Origin: Sinorhizobium meliloti
Lineage (GTDB): Bacteria > Pseudomonadota > Alphaproteobacteria > Rhizobiales > Rhizobiaceae
Reading direction: 5' to 3'
Assembly (NCBI RefSeq): GCF_017876815.1
Contig: NZ_JAGIOS010000003.1
Location: forward strand, 960,001-992,000
DNA length: 32,000 nucleotides
The notes below the pieces were generated by a model, which saw only the letters and a program-made list of their open reading frames with translations, was not told the DNA's origin and searched no databases. Both the position numbers and the translations under genes were made by a program. Positions 9,014-15,248 of this stretch are shown in pieces; position 1 is the first letter of the stretch, and each line of letters begins with the position of its first letter.

Positions 9014-9253
9014 ATGCCCGGAAACCTGCACGTCCGCAATCTGGACGACGACCTGATTTCGAAGCTGAAGATCCGAGCGGCCCGCCATGGACGCTCGGCG
9101 GAAGCGGAACATCGCGAAATCCTGCGCCAGGCCTTGGCAAGCGAGGGCGGACCCGATTTCGAAGAACTTGCGGCCGATTTGCGGAAGCTGACCGCATCCC
9201 GCAAGCAGACGCCCTCTGAAGTCCTGCTGCGCGAAAGCCGAGACGAGCGCTGA
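9014..9253 (+). CDS. vapB: Type II antitoxin, VapB/FitA-like (ribbon-helix-helix type)
   Basis: 79-aa product MPGNLHVRNLDDDLISKLKIRAARHGRSAEAEHREILRQAL..., the classic 'plasmid stability/Arc-type' antitoxin N-terminus. GGAG lies 8 nt upstream. The stop overlaps the PIN gene start (ATGA at 9251-9255). It is only the 3' end of the tracked 366-aa ORF. Confidence 0.85.
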   Translation: MPGNLHVRNLDDDLISKLKIRAARHGRSAEAEHREILRQALASEGGPDFEELAADLRKLTASRKQTPSEVLLRESRDER

Positions 9254-9693
9254 TGGAGACGCTCGTCGCCGACGCCAGCATCGCGATCAAGTGGGTCGTG
9301 GAGGAGGAAGGAACCGACAGCGCCGTTGAGCTGCGGTCGCGTTTCCGATTTGCGGCACCTGAGCTTCTCATTCCGGAATGCGCCAACATTCTCTGGAAGA
9401 AGGTTCAGCGTGGCGAGCTTTCGCGCGACGAAGCCGTGCTTGCCGCAAAGCTGCTCGAGCGTTCCGGCATCGACTTCGTTTCGATGACAGGGTTGCTCGA
9501 AGAGGCCACGAACCTTTCCATCGTGCTTTCGCATCCGGCGTATGACTGCACCTACCTGATAGCGGCGCAGAGGACCGGATCAAGGTTCGTCACGGCTGAT
9601 ATGCGCCTGCTGCGCATCGTTTCCGAGCGCGCGCCAGGCGAAATTGCACGGCTGTGTGTATCACTCCAGGATGCCCGGAATGATGCGCATTAG
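9253..9693 (+). CDS. vapC: PIN-domain ribonuclease toxin VapC
   Basis: 146-aa ORF with acidic residues in the expected PIN positions (VADASIAIKW, LIPECANILW, AYDCTYLIAA, FVTADMRLL). Translationally coupled to the antitoxin. Confidence 0.85.
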   Translation: METLVADASIAIKWVVEEEGTDSAVELRSRFRFAAPELLIPECANILWKKVQRGELSRDEAVLAAKLLERSGIDFVSMTGLLEEATNLSIVLSHPAYDCTYLIAAQRTGSRFVTADMRLLRIVSERAPGEIARLCVSLQDARNDAH

Positions 9694-9957
9694 GGGTCGG
9701 ACCCGTCCGCGTAATTCGTCTTTCCAGTCGACGTCCTTCGATCGAAGGCGCTCAAAGCTTCGCCATCTCAGGCGGTCCGCATACTTATCGCCCTGGACAT
9801 TGTTGTCAGTCGCCGCGACCAAGCGGCTCAAGAGCGCTCGGATCACCGTCACGAGCAGTCGGTCGACGCACACGGCGTCCTCGATCAAGGACCTGCAGAC
9901 GCTTCTCAGCCAAGAGGCTGGCGATCTAAAGATTATGCGGGAAATCCTCCACCGCAT
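9661..9957 (-). pseudogene. Coding-like fragment of unknown family, convergent with vapC
   Basis: The minus frame has high third-position GC across about 9790-9910 (..LIEDAVCVDRLLVTVIRALLSRLVAATDNNVQGDKYADRL..). The N-terminal part looks non-coding, there is no convincing start or RBS, and the 3' end overlaps vapC. Confidence 0.25.
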
Positions 9958-9977
9958 CGAAGGCAGCTTGATGCGGC

Positions 9978-10013
9978 GAAATTGAAAGGAAGCGCCCCTG
10001 GAGGTAGGGCGCT
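9978..10013 (-). terminator. Rho-independent terminator (minus strand)
   Basis: 7-bp GC stem AGCGCCC (9991-9997) / GGGCGCT (10007-10013) with a 9-nt loop. On the minus strand it is followed by TCCTTTCAATTTC. It abuts the left edge of repeat copy A. Confidence 0.5.
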
Positions 10014-10014
10014 G

Positions 10015-10188
10015 TCCCGTTCGTCACGCGGATCGATTCCCTGGCTGGCGAAATCGATCTGCTCGTCAGCGTCGATGCCGATTCAATCGACAGTGTCGAG
10101 GACGTGCGCCGCCAGGTAGCTTCCGTTCCCGGCATTGCGGCCGTTACCACCGCGCTTGTCCTGCGTCGCCATCTGTGAGCCGCACGCG
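10015..10188 (+). pseudogene. Orphan 3' fragment of an Lrp/AsnC-family gene (direct-repeat copy A)
   Basis: 174 bp aligning without gaps to 13301-13474, with 7 mismatches by hand alignment. Encodes PFVTRIDSLAGEIDLLVSVDADSIDSVEDVRRQVASVPGIAAVTTALVLRRHL-stop but has no 5' part of the gene. Confidence 0.9.
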
Positions 10189-10319
10189 CGGCTTGACACC
10201 TATTGTTCCGCCGCTGGCAGCCAAATCGAGAAGGTCGCCGCGCTCGCCGATCTCGGGACGAGTCCCGCACATTCCGTCTGTCCAAGAGCGGACTCCGACG
10301 ATCAGAACCGTGAGTTAAC

Positions 10320-10565
10320 CTACTGCGCGGGCTGCGTGTTGGGCGGCTGAGTGGTTGATGGTTGCGGCGCCGGCGTCGTTGGGGCTGGCTCGGTCGTCGG
10401 AGGAGGAGCGCTCGTCGAAGGTTGAGGAGTCGTCGGCTCAGTCGTGGTAGCCGGCGGTGTCGCTGTTTCCGTCGCATTTTCGTCGGTTCCGGGCATCAGC
10501 AACGCGACAGCTACCAGAATAATCACGATGCCTATTGCTACCGCGATGTAGGTGTTCCGATTCAC
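10320..10565 (-). CDS. Small membrane-anchored Pro/Thr-rich protein
   Basis: 81 aa with GTG start, preceded by the strong SD AGGAGGA 8 nt upstream. One N-terminal TM helix (YIAVAIGIVIILVAVALLM), then a low-complexity PT-rich tail. It lies 72 nt downstream of the PRC-barrel gene. Confidence 0.6.
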   Translation of the reverse strand: MNRNTYIAVAIGIVIILVAVALLMPGTDENATETATPPATTTEPTTPQPSTSAPPPTTEPAPTTPAPQPSTTQPPNTQPAQ

Positions 10566-10637
10566 GCCGGGTCCTCCTGAGCTGTAATGCGGGCGATGGA
10601 GCTCCCGAGCTACCTAGAGCGTAGCCGTCTTTCGGGA

Positions 10638-11033
10638 TTAGCGTTTCCAGCGGCCTTCGTATTTGAACTCGGGGGCCGCCTTAAGCTGATCCTTGGTCGC
10701 GTCCATCACAGCCGTCCATTTCTTGTCGTTTTCGACGTAGGTGATTTTGACAGCCTTCGGGCTGACAACCACGTAGCGCTCGCCCATCCCGAGGACACCT
10801 CCGACCGACAGGATATATCCGGCCAGCTGACCTTCCGAGAGGACCAGATCCTTGATCTCCCCGATCGACTCGTTGGCAGTGTTGGTGACGTTGAGATTGA
10901 TGAGATTGTAGCTCAGCACGTCGGTCGGCTTGGCGGTGACGAAGGTTTCGGTGGTCGTGGTTTCCGCCGTCTGTGCGGCAGCCGCTCCAACAATCGTCGT
11001 GGTCGCAGCAAGAGCAATCAGAATACGTCGCAT
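10638..11033 (-). CDS. PRC-barrel domain protein with signal peptide
   Basis: Trimmed to the ATG at 11033 (MRRILIALAATTTIVGAAAAQTAE...). The core ..VLSYNLINLNVTNTANESIGEIKDLVLSEGQLAGYILSVGGVLGMGERYVVVSPKAV.. is typical of rhizobial PRC-barrel proteins. An EcfG-type promoter motif lies upstream. Confidence 0.75.
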   Translation of the reverse strand: MRRILIALAATTTIVGAAAAQTAETTTTETFVTAKPTDVLSYNLINLNVTNTANESIGEIKDLVLSEGQLAGYILSVGGVLGMGERYVVVSPKAVKITYVENDKKWTAVMDATKDQLKAAPEFKYEGRWKR

Positions 11034-11068
11034 GGTCCCACCCCTTTGAGGATGCTCAGGAACCCGGA

Positions 11069-11094
11069 AACGCCATGATGCAATCGAAAGTTCC
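11069..11094 (-). promoter_or_regulatory. EcfG/RpoE2-type (general stress response ECF sigma) promoter motif
   Basis: The minus strand reads GGAAC (11094-11090)-N17-CGTT (11072-11069), 35 nt upstream of the PRC-barrel ATG. Confidence 0.6.
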
Positions 11095-11375
11095 AACGAC
11101 CTCAGCGAATTGGGCAGCCTTCGAGCTGGTCGCGTTTAAATGCCGTTTATGAAGATCACCGGCGCTGTCGATCCCCGAACTGCCACCGGGCAAGATGGAC
11201 GCTTTCCTCATAGAGAGTGACATTCGATATTCTTATCGTGCCTTCCGCCTCGTGATGACCGACCACCCCAACTTCGGTCGTCGAGGCGCGGAAGACAGCG
11301 GCTGTGACTGGCGTAGCACAACGACACGAGGCAACGGATCTTTGTACGCGGATCTTTGGATGAATGTCGGCAACT

Positions 11376-11400
11376 GGAACAACGTTGGTTCCTTAGCGTT
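11376..11400 (+). promoter_or_regulatory. EcfG/RpoE2-type promoter motif
   Basis: The plus strand reads GGAAC (11376-11380)-N16-CGTT (11397-11400), 27 nt upstream of the BON-like ATG at 11428. Confidence 0.6.
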
Positions 11401-11427
11401 TGCTCATTTGAGGTTAGGGAGGGTGCC

Positions 11428-11688
11428 ATGGTCCTGGTCACACATGATCCAAGCCGGCAGAGTTGCCAAGGCTCCGACTCGGCGTCCCTCATTGCATCTG
11501 TCCGTTGCGCGATTGCATCGGAAGTGCCATTCGCCGTGACGAATTTATCCTACCGTGTTTTGGGCGACAGCATTGTAATCGAAGGCAATGTGATTAAGCG
11601 AAGCGACGCCGAGCTGATCCACCGAATTGCCGAGGACATTGCCGGTCACGGGCGTGTAATTATGAGGGTCGGCGGCATAAACCTCTAG
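11428..11688 (+). CDS. Small BON-like domain protein
   Basis: Trimmed to the ATG at 11428, preceded by GGGAGGG. The 86-aa product ..LIASVRCAIASEVPFAVTNLSYRVLGDSIVIEGNVIKRSDAELIHRIAEDIAGHGRVI.. resembles the BON pattern (alternating hydrophobics, 'V..G.V.L.G.V.s..e...a..ia..v.Gv..V'). Confidence 0.55.
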   Translation: MVLVTHDPSRQSCQGSDSASLIASVRCAIASEVPFAVTNLSYRVLGDSIVIEGNVIKRSDAELIHRIAEDIAGHGRVIMRVGGINL

Positions 11689-12176
11689 GGCCGCGGTTCA
11701 GGTCGGCTTCGGACTCCGATAATCCCCTCAAGTTGACACGGGAAGGGTCGGGATAGACCTAGGTAACCCGAAATGCGCGAACGCACCTGATCAACTCCGC
11801 ATCTGCTTCAACGAGGGCTTCAGTCCTGCGTTGTTCGCCTTAGCGTTGCTTGGCGTACTTTCAACGCGATGTCCTCAAAGCCAGTCGAGATCGAGCTCTA
11901 TGACATCGCGCCATGCCCGCTGGGCTTCCTTGACCAGGCCGCGAAAACGGCGTCAACCGCCGGTCCAGATCCTTCGTCAGATCGACGGTTCCTTCAATGA
12001 TGCTCATGTTCCTGTCCTTCCGTTTCCGTGTTTCAGACCCGACATTGGACCGGAAGGACGGCGAAGGTCAGCGGCAGACTCGACGGCTTCGGGGCATTTG
12101 TGCCAAACTTGGATGGTACCGATACCCCCACGCCCTACCGCCTGACCCCGGCAAGCCGGGATCAGGCGCTCGCGGT

Positions 12177-12524
12177 CTACTGATGCGCCGCCACTCGCCA
12201 ACGTCCTTCACGCTTGACGTAGACGGTCAGGCAGTCGACCGCCTCGGCGGTTGGCTGATCGTTCCATCGGGCGTCGGCGTGATACGCCACCAAGCAGGTC
12301 CCGGCCGCGACCTCAACCGCCGTCTCGGCCGAGAAAGAGACCTCGGCCCAGTGACGGCCCGCGGCGTTCTCGCCGCGGATCGCCTCGACTGCCGTATCGA
12401 CATCGATGCGGCCGATGCCAGGAAAGATGAGCACGGCCTCCGGCAAATAGGTTGCGGCATAGATGTCTGCATCGTTCCGCCAGAGCCGCCGCTCGATCTC
12501 CAGAAGTTCGTCCAACGGCGTCAT
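12177..12524 (-). CDS. NTF2-fold protein (SnoaL/DUF4440-like)
   Basis: 115-aa ORF (MTPLDELLEIERRLWRNDADIYAATYLPEAVLIFPG...REGRWRVAAHQ) with SD GGAGGG. Only 4 nt separate it from the upstream paralogous-type gene. Confidence 0.65.
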   Translation of the reverse strand: MTPLDELLEIERRLWRNDADIYAATYLPEAVLIFPGIGRIDVDTAVEAIRGENAAGRHWAEVSFSAETAVEVAAGTCLVAYHADARWNDQPTAEAVDCLTVYVKREGRWRVAAHQ

Positions 12525-12528
12525 CGCA

Positions 12529-12942
12529 TCAGCCCTCCACCTTCTCGTCGAACGGCATTGGTTCGGAGCTGTGTTCGTGCACGATGCGCCAGCCGTCCGG
12601 CGTTCTCGTCAGGCCGAGCGTCAGCCTCAGGGTATATTCGACGGGTCGGCCGTCTTCGGTGCCGCCGCAGTCCAGGAGGCCGGTGGCAAAGGCGATGTCG
12701 CCGCCGGCGTGAACGGAAAGCTCGCGCAACGCGAACTTCCCGGTTCCGCCATGCCAAGGAAAAAACTCGTCCTCCCACGCTCGGCGATAAAGCGCCTTGC
12801 CCTCGCGCTGCAATTGCCCCACCACGTCGAAGACGAGCAACGGGTCCGCGTAGCAGACGGCTTCAATGTCGCACGCTGCGACAGCACCCGCCCACGACCG
12901 GATCGTATCCTCTGCTGTGATTGGTGCTTTCGTATGTGTCAT
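12529..12942 (-). CDS. NTF2-fold protein (SnoaL/ketosteroid-isomerase-like)
   Basis: 137-aa ORF (..AEDTIRSWAGAVAACDIEAVCYADPLLVFDV...TRTPDGWRIVHEHSS..) with SD GGTGAGG. Divergent from the lrp-family gene. Confidence 0.65.
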   Translation of the reverse strand: MTHTKAPITAEDTIRSWAGAVAACDIEAVCYADPLLVFDVVGQLQREGKALYRRAWEDEFFPWHGGTGKFALRELSVHAGGDIAFATGLLDCGGTEDGRPVEYTLRLTLGLTRTPDGWRIVHEHSSEPMPFDEKVEG

Positions 12943-12981
12943 CGCTTCAGCCTCACCTTCTTGGGGAAGCCATTTTGACCT

Positions 12982-13464
12982 ATGATGCCGCAGGTTTCCG
13001 CCAGTAATACGCCGGATGCGCAGGAAAATCGCCGGAGCGAGGACTTGGACGAGAAAGATCTGAAGCTGATATCACTGTTGCGCAGGAACGCCCGCGCCCC
13101 GATCGTCGCGCTGGCGCGGCACATCGGGTTGTCGCGCAGCGCCACGCAGGATCGGATGGCTCGTCTGGAAGGAAGCGGGGCGATTGCCGGCTATAGGGTC
13201 GTCGAGGGAACGCCCGGCACCATCGTGCAGGCCGCACATCTTCTTGCCCGCTTCGAGAGCGGCAAAACGTGCGACCAAATCGCGCCGCGGGTGAAAGCGA
13301 TCCCGTTCGTCACGCGGATCGATTCCCTGGCCGGCGAAATCGATCTGCTCGTCAGCGTCGATGCCGATTCAATCGACAGTGTCGAGGACGTGCGCCGCCA
13401 GGTCGCTTCCGTTCCCGGCATCGCGACCGTTACCACCGCTCTGGTCCTGCGTCGCCATCTGTGA
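12982..13464 (+). CDS. Lrp/AsnC-family transcriptional regulator
   Basis: HTH region LDEKDLKLISLLRRNARAPIVALARHIGLSRSATQDRMARLEGSGAIAGY plus a C-terminal RAM/AsnC-type domain. The ATG at 12982 leaves only 39 bp to the divergent gene. An in-frame TTG at 13045 after GGAGCGAGGA is an alternative start. Confidence 0.85.
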   Translation: MMPQVSASNTPDAQENRRSEDLDEKDLKLISLLRRNARAPIVALARHIGLSRSATQDRMARLEGSGAIAGYRVVEGTPGTIVQAAHLLARFESGKTCDQIAPRVKAIPFVTRIDSLAGEIDLLVSVDADSIDSVEDVRRQVASVPGIATVTTALVLRRHL

Positions 13465-13474
13465 GTCGCACGCG
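13301..13474 (+). repeat. Direct-repeat copy B (3' end of the intact lrp-family gene plus 10 nt)
   Basis: Matches 10015-10188 with 7 mismatches in 174 nt. Similarity stops abruptly at both ends. Confidence 0.9.
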
Positions 13475-13515
13475 AATGGATGCAATATCTGGCGAGCCAC
13501 GCGAAGGAGAGTTGA

Positions 13516-13947
13516 ATGGCTAAAGACCTGTCGCCGCGGCTTCTCGCCATCGTGGATGCGCTGCCGCTGCGGCGGGGCATGCGTGTGCTGGAGATCGGCT
13601 GCGGGCCCGGTGCGATGGCCCGCGAGATCGCGGGCCGGATTGGCGACGGGCACGTTCTCGCCATCGACCGATCGGCCAAGGCGATCGCGCAGGCACAAGC
13701 CGCATCCCAGGCGGAGATCGGATCCGGAAGGCTGAGCTTGCGCCAGGTTGCCGCTGAGGATTTCGAGCTGGAAGCGGGTGAGATGCCTTACGATATCGCA
13801 GTCGCCGTGCGCGTCGGTGCGCTGGATGGACGCCATCCCGAAGCGGGGCGACGGGCCAAACGCCGTGTTGCGGCGGCGTTGACGCCGCAGGGGCAACTGT
13901 TCATCGACGGAGGCGATCCCCTGCGCAGGCTCTTGCTAGACGATTGA
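13516..13947 (+). CDS. Small class I SAM-dependent methyltransferase
   Basis: 143 aa with strong SD GAAGGAGAG and SAM-binding motif I VLEIGCGPG followed by HVLAIDRS. Confidence 0.7.
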   Translation: MAKDLSPRLLAIVDALPLRRGMRVLEIGCGPGAMAREIAGRIGDGHVLAIDRSAKAIAQAQAASQAEIGSGRLSLRQVAAEDFELEAGEMPYDIAVAVRVGALDGRHPEAGRRAKRRVAAALTPQGQLFIDGGDPLRRLLLDD

Positions 13948-14014
13948 TTGTTCGCTCACCACTGTCTCGCGACATTCGGATTTCGTAAGAACGCCCAAGT
14001 TCTTGCGGCAGGTA

Positions 14015-14470
14015 TTAAGTCAAACCCTCTGCCCTGAGCGACTTTTGTACCGACGGCCGCGCCTCGACCCGCTCGGCATAGGCGGTCAGCCTGTCCGGAA
14101 GCTCGAGGCCCGAATCGCGCGACCAGCGAACCATTTCGTACCCAAGCGCGTCGCCAGTGGCGAAAGCGTCGCAGAGCAGATAGTCGCCTTCCAGCTGTTT
14201 TCGCGATCAGCGCCGGCGTTCGGCGATCGCCTGGCGTGCTGCCTGTTGCGAGACCGTCCGAGACTGCGTTCAGGCGCAAGGTGCGGTGTCTCTCCCGCAA
14301 CCCAATCCAAAATCGCTACATTCTCGGTCAGCACCTGACGGCGATGAGATCGTCGCCGTACTCGGTGCGCCGCGTTCGCCACGTTCCAGTTTGACGGCTG
14401 AGATCGTCCGGAAGTCAGGCCGCCTGGACGATCTGGTCCAAGCCATAGAGCCTCTCGACCTCATCTTGGA
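14015..14470 (-). pseudogene. Decayed glutathione S-transferase gene
   Basis: The minus strand reads QLEGDYLLCDAFATGDALGYEMVRWSRDSGLELPDRLTAYAERVEARPSVQKSLRAEGLT-stop (GST C-terminal domain), preceded by an in-frame TGA. An N-domain remnant VLTENVAILDWVAGETPHLAPERSLGRSR lies in another frame. The central part is missing, so no intact ORF exists. Confidence 0.65.
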
Positions 14471-14648
14471 TGATGCAGTTAAGTGGCGCGAGTTGATCAG
14501 CTCTGACGTAAGATCATCTACTCACTCGAAAGGAATCGATCCGCAGACCACGGGCGGTGAAGAGCCATGTCCCTACGCCAATGGTCGACGCTCGCGCCGG
14601 CGGTTCCCTTCAATACAACGCCGACCCCAGAGACATTGCGGGTTTCAA

Positions 14649-15248
14649 TCAATCCGGAGCGTCGAACACGGGGCCATCAGGGCTGAAATTGAAGGTCTCC
14701 AGGCGCATGCCACCGGGCTTGTCGGCAAGCACTGTAACACTTGCGGGCCCGACGGGTATGATCCGCTTCGGCGGCAGGCCCAGCAATCCATCAAGCAAGG
14801 CGCGAATGACGCCACCGTGGCAAACGACAAGCAGCCTTTCTCCCGGGATGGAAACCGCTTTGCCGAGCCCGGCTGTCACCCGGTCACGGAATTCCTGCCA
14901 CCTCTCCCCTCCTCTCGGCGCATAGGTGCCCGCGCGCCAGCCAAGATAGGCATCCTGATCTTCAGCCATCAGGTCGCCGATGGCACGGCCGGTCCAATCG
15001 CCGACGTCGATTTCGCGCAAGGCCGGGGAAAGCTGCGCATGCGGATACCCCAGAAGCGCCGCCGTATGCCGTGCACGCAAAAGATCCGATGCGATGACAT
15101 GGTCGGGGCGCATCGCCTCAATCGTAGCGCGCAAGGCGGTTGCCTGCGCCTCGCCTCGTGCCGAAAGTCCAATGTCAGCCTGCCCCTGCAGGCGGCGGAC
15201 GGAATTCCATGCACTTTCGCCGTGGCGTACCAGAATGATCCGCTTCAT
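14649..15248 (-). CDS. Histidine phosphatase family protein (phosphoglycerate-mutase-like)
   Basis: Trimmed to the ATG at 15248 (MKRIILVRHGESAWNS..., catalytic RHGE motif; later CHGGVIRAL). The start overlaps the ATPase stop (ATGA at 15245-15248). Confidence 0.85.
   Translation of the reverse strand: MKRIILVRHGESAWNSVRRLQGQADIGLSARGEAQATALRATIEAMRPDHVIASDLLRARHTAALLGYPHAQLSPALREIDVGDWTGRAIGDLMAEDQDAYLGWRAGTYAPRGGERWQEFRDRVTAGLGKAVSIPGERLLVVCHGGVIRALLDGLLGLPPKRIIPVGPASVTVLADKPGGMRLETFNFSPDGPVFDAPD

Noticed and set aside
8153-9253. 366-aa plus-strand ORF
   Set aside because: Only the last 79 codons (vapB, from the ATG at 9014 with GGAG) look like protein. The upstream part is Arg/Ser/Pro-rich with no start context.
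9926-10477. 183-aa ORF, and the similar 13191..13679 ORF, sharing a long identical peptide
   Set aside because: The shared peptide is the antisense translation of the duplicated lrp 3' segment. The sequences are Arg-rich and non-coding in appearance. The repeat is reported at DNA level instead.
10320-10480. Possible tandem DNA repeat or contingency locus in the Pro/Thr-rich coding region
   Set aside because: The region is low-complexity (ACC/CCG/ACG-type codons), but I could not define a repeating unit with a constant period. It is treated as a compositionally biased coding sequence.
11997-12920. 307-aa plus-strand ORF spanning the NTF2-like genes
   Set aside because: It is antisense to two well-formed minus-strand genes that have SD sequences, and its product is Arg-rich.
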